Shown here: positions 36,001-50,181 of the stretch, in pieces
Layout of the letters: each line of letters opens with the position of its first letter
Numbering within the stretch: position 1 is the stretch's first letter
From: Piromyces finnis finn
Lineage: Eukaryota > Fungi > Neocallimastigomycota
DNA: 64,000 nucleotides
Assembly (NCBI GenBank): GCA_002104945.1
Contig: MCFH01000077.1
Coordinates: 124,001 to 188,000, forward strand
Reading direction: 5' to 3'
Translations under genes and position numbers: made by a program
The notes under the pieces: model-generated
The model's database searches: none
What the model was told of the DNA's origin: nothing
The model's input: the letters and a program-made list of their open reading frames with translations, nothing else

Positions 36001-39000
36001 GACCTCAAGTCAGCTTATAATTTAATTAGGATTAAAGAAGGTGACGAATACAAGACTGCATTCAGGACGGCATTTGGTCACTTTGAGTACTTAGTCATGC
36101 CTTTTGGACTAACTAATGCTCCTGCAGTTTTCCAAGCTTTCATTAATGATATCTTTAGTGATCAAATTAATAAGTACGTTCAAGTGTACTTGGATGATAT
36201 CATTATCTACTCCAAGACCCTTGAAGAACATGTTCAACATGTTAGAAATGTTCTTCAATTAATCATTGAAAACAACTTAGTTGCGAAACTCAAAAAATGT
36301 GAGTTTCACAAAGCTGAAATCGAATTTTTGGGTCACGTAATCAGTAAGGAGGGAATCAAAACTGATCCTCACAAAATTGAAGCAGTTAAGAACTGGCCTA
36401 TCCCCACTACTGTGAAAGAAGTTCAGTCCTTCTTAGGGTTATGCAATTACTACCGTCGCTTTATCTCTAACTTTTCTAAAATTGCAAAACCATTATACAA
36501 CTTAACTAAGAAAGGCGTCACTTTCATATGGACAGACGAGTGTAATAGAGCATTTAATCAACTTAAAGAATTTCTTACTTCAGCTCCAGTTTTACTTTGT
36601 CCTGATCACGATAAACCATTCATAGTTGAATGTGACGCAAGTGACTTTGCTATCGGGGGAGTACTTTCACAAAAAGGTGATGATGGAGACCTGCATCCAG
36701 TTTATTACTTTTCTAAAACCCTTCATGATGCAGAACTTAATTACTCTATCACCGAAAAGGAACTCTTAGCAATTCGTCAAGCTTTTATCGAATGGCGTCA
36801 CTTACTTCAAGGTGCAAAATATCCTATTACCGTTTATTCAGACCATCGAAACTTGCTTTTTGCTACCAAACCGCAACTTCTATCCCAAAGACAAGCTCGT
36901 TGGCAAGAATACTTTGCTACCTTTGATTTCAAGATTATCTATCGACCAGGAAAGAAAAATGGTAAAGCTGATGCTCTCTCTCGTAGATCCGACCATATGC
37001 TCACAGTTGGTAAGGATATAAGTGAATCATCCTTACTTAAACCAACTCAATTAGAAGGATTCAACGAAGATGAATGCTACTTCTCTATGGAAACTAGCTT
37101 CATTGACGACATTAAGCAGTGCTACCTTCAAGATGAAACCGCTTGTCAGATTCTTAAGGATCTTGAAGTTCCAAATAGTGATCATCCTTGGATTCTTCAA
37201 GATGGCCTTTTAATAAGAACCAAACATCCGGAGCAAGTATATGTTCCAAGTCAACTAAGACTCTTAGTTATTAAGCTCAACCATGATGCACCCACTGCCG
37301 GTCACTTGGGAGTCGATAAGACTTATGACATTCTTAAACGTAATTTCTATTGGGTTAATATGCGTCAAGATGTCGAGTCTTATATTCGAAGCTGTAGTGT
37401 ATGCAAGGCAATGAAAACCGATCACCATGCTCCTTATGGTAATATGATCCGTGTCCCTCTTCCGGAACTTCCATGGCAACACCTACAAATGGACTTTATC
37501 ACGGACTTACCATCAAGACCTTGTAACTCTACCTTACCATTCGACTCTACCAATCCGAACCACCATCAAGGTACCATAATGGTTACTACTTGCTACTTAA
37601 CTAAGATGATACACTTAGTTGGGTTCAAACATTTACCCACTGCTAAGGAAACTGCTACTGCTTTTCTTAACCATATTTTCAAACTGCACGGATTCCCCTT
37701 ATCTATTGTTACAGACCGTGGTACTCAGTTCGAAAGTCGTCTTTGGTCCCACTTGATGGAATTCTTTAATATCGATCACCACTCTGCTACTACTGGCCAT
37801 CACCGCACTGTTGGACAAGTAGAACGTAACAACGACTACGTTGAAACTTATCTTCGTTGCTACTTAGCTCAATTTGATGATCTCAGTTGGATGGATCATT
37901 TGTACTTAGCTGAATTTTGCTACAACAATTCCATCCATGCTTCCACCAAACAACCACCATTTCTCTCTGTTTATAATTATCAAGTTCACGCAAACCCACA
38001 AGTTGCAGACCTTGTTTCTTCTTTAGGACTTCATCCCCTCATCGATAGCTTCTCCCATAACTTAGCTGACCTTAAGCATACTCTCGAAGTCAGTCGTACC
38101 CGTTATCTCGATGAAAAGGATAAGCACCTTTATCACAACTTTAAGCGCTTCAAGGTCCACGATCTTGTTTGGCTTCGCAAACCCGCTAATTATCATCCTC
38201 CATTAGCGTTCAAGCTCCAATCCCGCAAGTATGGTCCATACAAGGTCACTGGTGTCGATGAATCTAAGCTCAACTACCGCCTTGATTTATCTACCTCACC
38301 TTTCCCTCGTGTCTACCCCGTATTCCACATCAGTGAACTCGAACCATATCATCCCACTCCTCACCATCTATTGCTCAACCATCCCAACTCCAATGAAATC
38401 ACCAAGATCCTTAGTTCTCGTAAATCGGGTCATTTTTACGAGTACTTAGTCACTTTTACTGACTTATCTCAACGTTGGATCAATGCTGACATCATTGATA
38501 AGGATGACTACTACAGCACCCTTTTAGCTGATTACCAATGTCGCGCTTACCAACAATTCACCAATTCCGTCCCAGATTCTTAATCTGGACCCCACTTATT
38601 AGTATCCCACCTACTAGTGTCTACCACCCTTACTCCTTCACTACCCACCTATCGCCACTACCCCACCTACTACCCACAACTCCGCTACCCACTAGTCGCC
38701 ACCACTACAACTACCAACCACTATTCCGCTACCCAACCACCCTCTTTCGCCTTTGCCCTCAACCCTCAAATTTCGCAACCTTTTCCGCACCCCAAAATCC
38801 GCTTCCCCTCGAGTCATATCATTTCCCTAACCTTCACGTGTAGTCTCCATTTCTGAAGAATCCACGTGATTCCCTCTCAACTTTTCTTGAACACTTTTAC
38901 ACTTCACTTTTTCAACACTTAGATTTTTTCAAAAATTGAGAATTTTCAAAAAATGGAAATTCTCAAAATTTTTCTAAGTGTCGTGGAAGTGTCCATGTCC

Positions 39001-39693
39001 AAATTATTATGACGTGCCAGTGTCCATAATTTTTTGGGTCGTCCGGCGAAACGACCCTTAGGACGGGCAGTGTCACAATAACATATATAAAAATTTAAAA
39101 AATTTGGACACATGGAAAAAATTAAAAATTTTTTTTAAAATTTGAAAATTTGAAAATTTGAAAAAATTTATTTTTTAAATTTTTATTAAAAAATTTCAAA
39201 GTATAAAATTTCTAATATTTGAAATTATTAAATTTTTTAAAATTATTAAAATTTTATTATTAAAAATTTTATTTTAAATTTATTTATTAACTATTTACAA
39301 TAATTATATTAATTATTAATTTATAAAAATTAAATATTTTATAATTAGATAATAATTAATTAAAATTAAAAAATGTAATAATTAAAATTGTTCATGTATA
39401 AAAAGAACAAAAATTGACAAAAATTACAAAGCTTTAGCGTTAGTAATTTTTTAACCTAAAGTTAATAAAATTTATAAACTCCTATAAAACCTAAAACTTT
39501 AAAAATTTTAATATTTTTAATAACTTAATATATGCTGATATTAAGTTATTGCTAAAATAAAAATATTATTTAAATTTCTTTATATAAATATTATTAGCTT
39601 TACGCCTTCAATAGGAAAGCGTATTATATTTGTTAATTAATATAACTAGTGTGCTTACCACACTTTTCTTTAATAAAAAATCGCTTTTTGACA
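33002..39693 (+). mobile_element. Full-length Ty3/Gypsy chromovirus (Tf1/sushi-like), family A
   Basis: LTRs 33002-33618 and 39071-39693 (TGTCACA...TTTGACA). TSD AAAAT. PPT GGACGGGCAG at 39061-39070. Single gag-pol ORF. Confidence 0.95.
33700..38583 (+). CDS. Gypsy gag-pol polyprotein (capsid, PR, RT, RNase H, IN, chromodomain-like tail), apparently intact
   Basis: LLDSGST, YLDDIII, ECDASD, HDAPTAGHLG...CSVC, MDFIT, TDRGTQF, and C-terminal ITKILSSRKSGHFYEYLVTF...WI. Confidence 0.92.
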   Translation: MEKSPLTPIKVDTKEFFNRLQTTKRERSPGNTPVRKSKMPNHSGQTNASTSNPTQKPTTNEDLKALIESLTATLTGNINQLKVDIQATRRENESLNDRLTVLENSTQVIMGKMTTLEVNDARKDNQLADIKAHISKATQRVDELSTPVTPSAATPHEPDGDVIMGDASPPNVAEKMLSYSGESIQLRRFIRRCEHHFLRHIKFYGNNEAMKVNFIEDCLTGDAADWYDVEQADFQESHPNRKVLYEALSKRFLNPKDINITKIDLMKLRHSWGKASEYLGKFSQYVKLIGCSEDIQLTIMLFQVRPTVNHAFSKLTSDRQTLEELKNLLIKYDASKDTYYDDTLERQANYKDKEPLIANLLGIHGSLYSKNPNKTNNRNNNQRNNNNNNRPSNQKGKGSSNLDSKSSTQNPNKSTKPNNGTSYSSYLCEVEEQDILELPNPDPEKYPIVKTSVKTSKGSRQVITSSLLDSGSTTNVIHMDLVKKLGIKTIPADTVVKVMGGNVLMHYITEEFNIVMNLSSLGGTREEVRQYKLRCHVADQLPSSILLGSKFMKTNFFCILTQPDHSFTVKIGPVPFSNHNGSEIKSPNFRNDLKKSTPLHEVMFITELEDSNLDKSTSIPTETVFIADDQNPELVESINGIPLEYEDLYEAFNEERADELPEHRVYDCSIDLKPNASLFYGPIYPTTPTERQFIKEYIEENLNKGFIRKSRSPAGHPVLLQDKKDGSLRFCVDYRKLNDQTIKNAYPLPLILSVFESMKGANYFTKLDLKSAYNLIRIKEGDEYKTAFRTAFGHFEYLVMPFGLTNAPAVFQAFINDIFSDQINKYVQVYLDDIIIYSKTLEEHVQHVRNVLQLIIENNLVAKLKKCEFHKAEIEFLGHVISKEGIKTDPHKIEAVKNWPIPTTVKEVQSFLGLCNYYRRFISNFSKIAKPLYNLTKKGVTFIWTDECNRAFNQLKEFLTSAPVLLCPDHDKPFIVECDASDFAIGGVLSQKGDDGDLHPVYYFSKTLHDAELNYSITEKELLAIRQAFIEWRHLLQGAKYPITVYSDHRNLLFATKPQLLSQRQARWQEYFATFDFKIIYRPGKKNGKADALSRRSDHMLTVGKDISESSLLKPTQLEGFNEDECYFSMETSFIDDIKQCYLQDETACQILKDLEVPNSDHPWILQDGLLIRTKHPEQVYVPSQLRLLVIKLNHDAPTAGHLGVDKTYDILKRNFYWVNMRQDVESYIRSCSVCKAMKTDHHAPYGNMIRVPLPELPWQHLQMDFITDLPSRPCNSTLPFDSTNPNHHQGTIMVTTCYLTKMIHLVGFKHLPTAKETATAFLNHIFKLHGFPLSIVTDRGTQFESRLWSHLMEFFNIDHHSATTGHHRTVGQVERNNDYVETYLRCYLAQFDDLSWMDHLYLAEFCYNNSIHASTKQPPFLSVYNYQVHANPQVADLVSSLGLHPLIDSFSHNLADLKHTLEVSRTRYLDEKDKHLYHNFKRFKVHDLVWLRKPANYHPPLAFKLQSRKYGPYKVTGVDESKLNYRLDLSTSPFPRVYPVFHISELEPYHPTPHHLLLNHPNSNEITKILSSRKSGHFYEYLVTFTDLSQRWINADIIDKDDYYSTLLADYQCRAYQQFTNSVPDS

Positions 39694-39705
39694 AAAATTG
39701 AGAAT

Positions 39706-39777
39706 GGGGTGTTAGCTCAGCGGTAGAGCAATTGACTGCAGATCAATAGGTCTTCGGTTCAAATCCGGAACGCCCCT
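39706..39777 (+). tRNA. tRNA-Cys (GCA)
   Basis: GGGGTGTTAGCTCAGCGGTAGAGCAATTGACTGCAGATCAATAGGTCTTCGGTTCAAATCCGGAACGCCCCT. Acceptor stem GGGGTGT/ACGCCCC, anticodon loop CT-GCA-GA, T-loop GTTCAAATCC, T-runs downstream. Confidence 0.95.
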
Positions 39778-39845
39778 TAATTTTAATTTTGGTTTTTTTT
39801 TTCGTTTTATCAAAGTAATAATTTTATTTTATTAAAGTAATAATA

Positions 39846-41631
<1,786 letters not shown>

Positions 41632-41633
<2 letters not shown>

Positions 41634-42742
41634 TTAAAAAGAGTGTAAAAACAATAAATAAAAGAAAATATAAAAACGAAATTAAATTTGTCTAAATTGA
41701 AATTATTGTGTTGATAATAAATAATATTTTATAGAATAAATCTGGTATTATTATTCTATATAAATATTATAAAATAATAAAACTATTAAAATTATAAAAA
41801 CAAATTAAATTTATTTAATAAAACTAGTAGATATTGTTAAAGCTCATATAATAGCTGTCGAGATAAAACAATATAAGATAACGAAGCAGTTTAAAAAGTT
41901 ATAATATAACTAACAATCCGTTATTATTTTGAATAATGAAATTAATAAATATAAAATTGTTATTATACTTGATTTTTAAGTTAACCTTAAAAGTAACTTA
42001 AAGTAAGTTATAGTTTAATTAATTACTTCACCAAAATTCTAAAATAAAATTAATCCTTAACAATGCATATATTTCGATTATTGAAAGAAAAATAATAAAC
42101 TTTAATTAATCGATATTAAAATATATAACTTTTGTTAAATTAATTGTTAAATTAAATATTTAATAACTTCTTTAGTAAATTACACGTTAAAAGTAAACAA
42201 ATATAGTAATTCATGTTATAAAATAATATAATTAAACACTTTCATTAAAATATTAAAAATAATTATTACTTTAATTAATTGTAAAATAAACAACTTTTTA
42301 TATTCTTTAACTTTTAATTGTTTCTTTTATTGTTATTTTTAATTAATTTTAATTACTTTTATTGTAAATAGTTATTAATTTTATTATTTTAATGTAAATG
42401 GTTTAAACTTAAAAGAAAATATAAATACATGTAAATATTCTTATTTTAATAATTATTATTATTATTAATAAAAAAATATTATATAGTTTAATTGATATTT
42501 TTATAATTTTAATAATCACTTTTATAATTAAATGAATAAAATTTTAAATAATTAAATATTAGAAAAATGGATGTTTCTAATAAAACAATTTAGTGTTGTA
42601 ACAAAACAATTTTATTAATTTTTATAAAAACATTTTTTCAAATTTTAATTCATATAACTTATATAGTTATAATTAAAGATATAATATAATAATCACTTTT
42701 TGAAGCAAAATTCAAAATTAAGATTATTATCAAATTATATCA
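41632..42742 (-). repeat. Inverted copy of an AT-rich LTR-like repeat family
   Basis: The reverse complement from 42742 matches 62800 onwards (TGATATAATTTGATAATAATC). The 41640-41930 part matches 53500-53830 inverted. Confidence 0.65.
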
Positions 42743-44805
42743 TCTTGATAAAGAATGAAATTTATAAATAATAAATTAATAGAATAGCTGATTTTGGAAT
42801 TATATAAACTTAATATAAATTAAAATAATAGTGAATAATTAAAATAATATAAAATAAAATATTTAATTAAATTTTAAAAATGTAAAACATAAACAATTCT
42901 TGTTTATAAACAAACTTAAATACAATTAAATAGTATAAATATAAATAGAAAATATTATTTTAAAACATGTTACTAATTAGCCAGGAAAATTAGAATATTT
43001 TAATAATAAAATAACAAATTAATATATATATATATTTTATAATACATAACAAGATGTATTATATATTTATTTTAAATAAATAAACTAATATTATAAAACA
43101 AGATGATTTTAAAACTTTAAATTATATTTATTAATTATATAAAACTTGTAGAATGAATAAGTAAAAATAAATCATTCAATTACACACAAATATACTACTT
43201 TCTAAGCCTATTTAGAAAAAAGGTATATTTGAACCTGTGCCATTCTAATAATATATGTAACCTTTCATTTTCTAGTTGTCTAAAAATTGATTTTTTTTTT
43301 GTCACGAATACTAGTGAAATCTGCAATTTCAAGATCACTTGAAATTGTGAAATTACTTATGAAATTTTCAAAATCAATAATATTTTAATTTCAAATAAAT
43401 TATAAAATTATATTAAGAAATATTTAAAAAATTTAGAAATGGTTAAGATATGACCTTAACCCTTAATAATTTTTATAATAAATAACTTTAACCCTTATCG
43501 TCAAAATTGAGTAAGGAAGAACACGCGTATCTTTTGGGAAATTACGGGTTCGTTAGAAAGCCACGCTCAAGAACTACAACATATGTTAATATGAGCATAA
43601 TATCTCTGCTGGTTCACGAGATATTAAGGTTTAAAGATGATTATGAACAAATGATTAATGAAAATTCAGAGAATGATCACCCCTGATGTATCAATCATAA
43701 ACCATTCTGTAAAACTAAATTATCTTTTCCCATTGATTAAAGCAAATTAAATTAAATTAAATTACATTGTAATAATTCTCTGGAAGATATTTGAATTAAA
43801 AGATTATAAACATTATAATTATATTCAATGAATTATATTAGAATTAGATAATAATTAATATTATAAATATTATTAACAATACTTAAATTTAATAATCATG
43901 AATAAGCTTTAAGTCTAGTTTTAATATTATAAAATGTATTATAAGTATAATCATGTATTGAAAAGTTACTTTATTATTAAATATAAAATTACAAATAGTA
44001 TAAATAGTTTAGAATAGTTTTAGGAATTAAATCTTTGTAAAGATTATTATCTTATTAATACTTAATAAGTATTACTATTAAATAATCTTATTATTATATA
44101 TATTCTTTAAATAAAATAAAAAGAAATTATTTTAACCATAATACATAATTTAATTATTCATTTATAAAACAATTAAGATTATTTTAATAAAACATTTTTT
44201 CTAACCTAGTTATCTTTTAATCTTTTATTTAATTTAATATTTTAATATTAAATTATAAGTTTAGTAAAACTTTTACATTTTTTTTAATAAGTATTTATTA
44301 CTTGAAATTGTTTTAACATCGTTTTTTTTTAACGACGTCAAATATTTTTAAACTAATTAATATTATAATACCTGCTATAAAAAAAAAAATAAAAACAAAA
44401 ATTAAAAAAAAAAATAGTTTAAATAAGCACATTTTTTTTAAATATAAAAAATTATTTTTGTCTTTTAATTATTATTATGTATTATTTAATTAACTATATT
44501 AATTATTATTAAAATTAACTTATTTCTTAATATTCTAAGTCTTCTTATTTTGTACTATTATTCTTTATATTAATATTATTTTTATAATTTAACCCAATCA
44601 AATATATAAATTTATAAAATATTTGATTTTATGTAAATTATTTTCTTCCAATAATCAAAATATATGTAATGTTAAGGATTAATTTTATTTTAGAATTTTG
44701 GTAAAAGTAATTAATTAAACTATAACTTATTTAAATTACTTTTAGGGTTAACTTAAAATTTAGGTATAATAATAATTTTATATTTATTAATTTCATTATT
44801 TATCA

Positions 44806-47800
44806 ATTTCTCGGCCTTTTAAGAATTAACTTCGTCCCTTGAAGTTAAATTTTGTTCTGGTAGAACGTAAGGAAAAACATTTTTAATATATACATTTCTA
44901 TCAAGTAGTTTTCCTGTATGTGAATCTTCAAGTACAATAGTATTAAATTTTTGTTTATTAACAACTTTATAAGGACCATAAAAATAAGGATCTAGTTTAC
45001 TTCTTCCTATTAATCTCATTATAACATAATCACCCGGTTTATAAGTTTTCTTTAAAACTTTGGATAAACCTATTCTATGTTCCCAATATTGATTAGCATG
45101 ATTAGAATATTCAATAGCTTGTTTTACCCAATTTTGATGTCTTAAAAATCTTCTAAAAATATATTCTTCTTCTGTTTCATTAGGGTCTTTATAAATATCA
45201 GGAAACATTATTTCTAATGGCCATGTGTCTCTTCTACCATATAATAGTTCGAAACTACTAAACTTAGTTTTTGGATTTTTGGTAGTTCTAAGTGCCCAAA
45301 GTGCAGATGGTAAATATTCATCCCAATTAAAAGTCTTAAAGCTTAAAGTTTTTCTAATTTCTCTATTACGATTTTCAATCATACCGTTTGATTCTGGATG
45401 ATGAGGAGAAACAAAATGCACCTTTGATCCATATAAACCAATCATCATTTTAGTAATGTCAGAAATAAATGAACTTCCATTATCAGTAATAATAATTTCT
45501 GGAGGTCCATTATGAAATTAAAATCTTTGTAAAGATTATTAACAATAATTAATACTTAATGAGTATTGCTATTAAATAATCTTATTATTATATTCTTTAT
45601 TAATATATTATTTAAATAAAAAGAAATTATTTTAAATCACAATATATAATTTAATTATTCATTTATAAAACAATTAATGAAAGAATTTCACTTTTTAAAA
45701 TATCAGCATGTTCCTTAGATAATTTATAAGGTTTTAATTTTATTGGTTTATTAGTAGTAGTAATTATAGAATGAGGCTCTAAATCCGCAGTAGTTAATTG
45801 AGATATTGATGTAGCCATACAAATTTTATATTTATTTATAATATGTTCAAATTCTGATTTAATATTATCAGGTGTTGAATTTAAGATTTCTTTTAATGTA
45901 TCTTGAAATTCTTGGTTTTCTTCTTTTGAAATAATTATAGAATTCATTATGGGAATATCATTAGTATCATTATCATTACTATTGATAATGTTTGTAATTT
46001 TCTTTAAACCTTTTTTTGTTTTCTGGTATATATAATCATCATCGGGGTCAATAAATATGCGGTATTTCTTTTGAATACCTCTTCCAAAAATTATATCAAA
46101 GTATGGGTTACTTTGCTCAATAATATAAATTTTTTCTAAAATAGTACAATTATTAATATTTATTTTTAAAGTAGTAAAAATATTTGTAGGAACAGTAGTA
46201 CCATTAGTAATAGTTATATTTTGTTCCTCATCACTTTTTTCAATATTTATATTTGATAATTTATTAAAACCATTAGTAGTAATGATATTGACATTTGCGC
46301 CAGTACCACAAAGAATTTTTAAATATTTTCCATCTATATCACCAATTATTAATGGAATATTAGAGTTATTAAAAGAGTACATTACTTTTTCAACTTTGGG
46401 TTTACAACCTTGTTCTAATTCTTTCCTAAGTGATGGACTAGCAGAAAGTAATTGAGAAAGACTTATTTTTGGATATAAGTTATTTGCTTCTTTAATTATA
46501 CTAAATTTATCTTTAATTTTTAACATTTGTATTTCTGTCATATTTTTTTGTAGTTACTTTGGGTTTGACAGAATTTTTCTTTACTTTTACATTATTTGTT
46601 TCATTATTATTTTAAAAGTTTCTTCATTAGTAGAATTATTAGAGTCATTAATTTTAATAGGTTGGATATGCTCTTTTGTATTAGTAACTTCTTACAAAGA
46701 TATTTCTTTGGTATTATTTTATTCTTCTTCACTTTCTATCTCTATTTCTTCATTTGGAATTTCTTCCATAACCTCATTTTTATCTTCACTAATTTTTCTT
46801 CTACGAGTATATCTAATAGCATTCTTTTGTTATTTTAAGTTCCTAATGTTAGGTTGGTTAAGTATTGAGGGCTTGACAATACACTTTTATTATTCGGTGA
46901 TATTTTATTTTTATCTAGTATTTTAACATTTATTTTCTTCTTTTGAGCAGCATTTATAGAATAATTATTTTCATTAGAGATATTAGAATTTATTTGTGCT
47001 TCTTGTACATTTTGTGAACTGTTTGCAATTTTAGTTTTTATGGGAGATTGCTTACTCCTATTATTTAGTTTAAATGATTGTATTCGTCATCTAATTCTGG
47101 ACAATTATTCGTAGTATGACCTATTCTTTTACAATTCAAACAAACATTAATTTTTAGGTCAGCAAGCTTTTGGGTTATTTCTTTTAGTTCATCCTCATTA
47201 TTTTGTGGATATCTTAAGGTACTTCTTCTTTGCTCAACATTTTGGTTAATATTATTAAATCTTGAATAATTATTATTATCATTATTGTAGTTGTTATTTT
47301 GAATATTATTATTATAATTATTATTTCTGTGATTACTAATATAATTTCTATTATTATAATTTTTAAAACTATTTTGAGTAGTGTTATTGTTATTCATTCT
47401 GTTGTAACTATTAAAATTATTTGAATATGTTCTATCATTATTTTTTTGAGCATTATTATCATTTGAAGACCTTCTAGAATTAATGGAAGTCCTTATTTTA
47501 GGTCTATTTTCTTCAACTATATTATAAATTTTCTCTTTTTTAATAGTGATATTTCTGGCTTCTTCTAAGCTTTTTGATTCAGCTTCTAAAAGTGCCTCAT
47601 AAGTTCTGGTAAAATTTCTAAAAGTATTAATGTAGTATGATAATATAATTTCATTTGACATTTTTAAATTTGTTTTATTTATTAAAGAGTCAAATTTAAT
47701 ATTGGAATCAGATACACTTTCATTTTTCTTTATTGTAATAGTAGATAATTCTAATAGTCTTGAATTCTTTGGTATGGAACCTCTAAAATGACTTTTAAGG

Positions 47801-48033
47801 TTTTTGATGATGGTATAATAATCATCTGGTGTTTCTTTGTTTAATGCATTAACTACAATTGTTCTAGCTGTACCCGTAGTTAATGATATAAGGTATTCTA
47901 ACTTTTCTTGTTCTGGTACCTTATATTAATTACACCAATGTTTAAAAGAAAATTCCCAATCATCAAATTCAACCTTTGTTGAACCCAAAATAGGTATTCT
48001 ATTAAAGGTAATACCTTTAGTAGTATTATCCAT
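44806..48033 (-). mobile_element. Decayed, internally deleted Ty3/Gypsy element, family B copy 1; outer LTR limits unresolved
   Basis: gag ATG at 48033 (MDNTTKGITFNRIP, internal stop), knuckle CLNCKRIGHTTNNC, protease region 45663-46541, integrase C-terminal half 44819-45510, PPT-like AAAGGCCGAGAAAT then TGATA at 44805. RT and RNase H are absent. Confidence 0.8.
47025..47074 (-). promoter_or_regulatory. Putative -1 ribosomal frameshift signal at the gag end of Gypsy B1
   Basis: T TTA AAC immediately before the gag TAA, then a GGAG/CTCC stem and GCAAT/ATTGC pairing. Confidence 0.7.
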
Positions 48034-48161
48034 TATTAATTTTTATTTTTATATTATTTTATTTGTTTTATTTCAATATTTTATTTTATATTATTTTACT
48101 TGTTTTATTTCAATATTTTATTTTATATTATTTTATTTAAAAGTTCTAATTTATAATAAGT

Positions 48162-48193
<32 letters not shown>

Positions 48194-49621
48194 TTTACAA
48201 TGATTTTTATTTACAATAATATAATTTTATTTACAAGTATTTAGTATTATTTACAATAATGCTTATATAATTTTATTTACAGGTATTTAGTATTATTTAT
48301 AATAATTTATCCACAATAAAATAATTTTATTTACAGATATTTTATATAAAAGATATTAGATTTTTTTTATTAATAAAATATAATATGATAGGAAGTAAAT
48401 AGTTGTTATGTATAAACAGTTATTTTAGTTTTATTGTTATTAGGGAACTTTATTCTTGAGAAAATTTTATTATTATTTATTATATAACGTTATGAATATA
48501 TTTTATTTATATCAAATCATTTTATATATTAGTATTGTTATTTATAAGGAATAGTTGTTTTAGTGTAAGATATATATTTTTTTTATTATTATAAAGCAGA
48601 AGATAATATTGATTATGTTGTTATAGTACCTTCAGAGTACCCGACAGTCTCGTCACCGTGTCTTTCGACCTCCACTAACTAACTGTCATAAATATTAAGT
48701 GGTGTAATATTTACTTATTAGTTAGCGCTCTACTCCCCCATGATATGTGATAAAACTGCACTCTTACTAACTTACTATAAAACACTTTAATTATCTTAGT
48801 AATTAATTAACCGAAAAGATAAACAAAAGTTATTTTTCGCTGAAAGTTAACTAAAAAGACAACTCAATATTATTACTTTTAATTATTTAAAACTTATAAC
48901 AATACTTTTTAATTTTATTTTATTTGACTGATGATTATATTTTGTAATTTTTATTGAATAATTTTTATTAAATTATAATTATTATTTTATAATTACAATT
49001 TATGTATTTCTTTTTCTTAAAAAAAAATAATTAAATATAAAACTTTATTTACAGGATTTATTTTTCGCTTTTTAGTGCCTTACAACAATTTAATTAACCG
49101 GCAAAAGCTACTAACTAGAGGTGATATACTAGACCTCAAAATAAATTTAAACTATATATTTTTATGTCGCTTTACCTTCACGACAAACCTTTAGCCTTCG
49201 GTGACTAAAGTTCCTTATTCGCCAGAGTTCACTAAAGTATTCAACTTGAGAGTCCTGTATTGCGTGCTTTTTATCACACTAACAATCCCTTCCCCCAAGT
49301 AAGTGTGCTATTCACACTCGTCCTACTTATACAAATACTTCAGTGATTAACAGCTATAATTTCTAACCAACTGAAACTAGTTAATTATACACTGAAACTC
49401 TGTATATGAGCTCTATACGCTCCTAGTATATTTTTACAAGTATTTTTTTTTATTTATAAAGTTTTATATTTATAATTTCTAAATATTATATAATTTCTAA
49501 GTATATAAATCATTTACTTTTATTTTCTTTATTTTTATTTATAAAATTTTAGATAAAGATAATATCACTTTCTATATTCATTTATAGAATTAAGATAATA
49601 TTTTATATTGTATCAATTAAT

Positions 49622-50181
49622 TGTCACAATAACATATATAAAAATTTAAAAAATTTGGACACATGGAAAAAAATTATTTTTTAAATTTATTATAAAATTT
49701 CTAATATTTGAAATTATTAAATTTTTTTAAAAATTATTAAAAAATTTATTATTAAAAATTTTATATTAAATTTATTAACTATTTACAATAATTATATTAA
49801 TTATTAATTTATAAAAATTAAATATTTTATAATTAAACAATAATTAATTAAAATTAAAAAATGTAATAATTAAAATTGTTCATGTATAAAAAGAACAAAA
49901 ATTGACAAAAATTACGAAGCTTTAGCGTTAGTAATTTTTTAACTTAAAGTTAATAAAATTTATAAACTCCTATAAAACCTAAAACTTTAAAAATTTTAAT
50001 ATTTTTAATAACTTAATATATGCTGATATTAAGTTATTGCTAAAATAAAAATATTATTTAATTTTCTTTATGTAAATATTATTAGCTTTACGCCTTCAAT
50101 AGGAAAGCGTATTATATTTGTTAATTAATATAACTAGTGTGCTTACCACACTTTTCTTTAATAAAAAATCGCTTTTTGACA
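49622..50181 (+). mobile_element. Solo LTR of Gypsy family A
   Basis: Matches 33002-33618 with small deletions. Termini TGTCACA...TTTGACA. Flanks TTAAT and ATGAT do not form a TSD. Confidence 0.9.

Noticed and set aside
38538-38856. Pro/Thr/His-rich ORFs after Gypsy A pol as an env-like gene
   Set aside because: Low-complexity C/A-skewed 3' UTR; no signal peptide or TM segment.
48600-49615. 5' LTR of Gypsy B1 with a decayed PBS (TAGTGGAG near 48670)
   Set aside because: The sequence does not match the LTR end at 44805, so it cannot be assigned.
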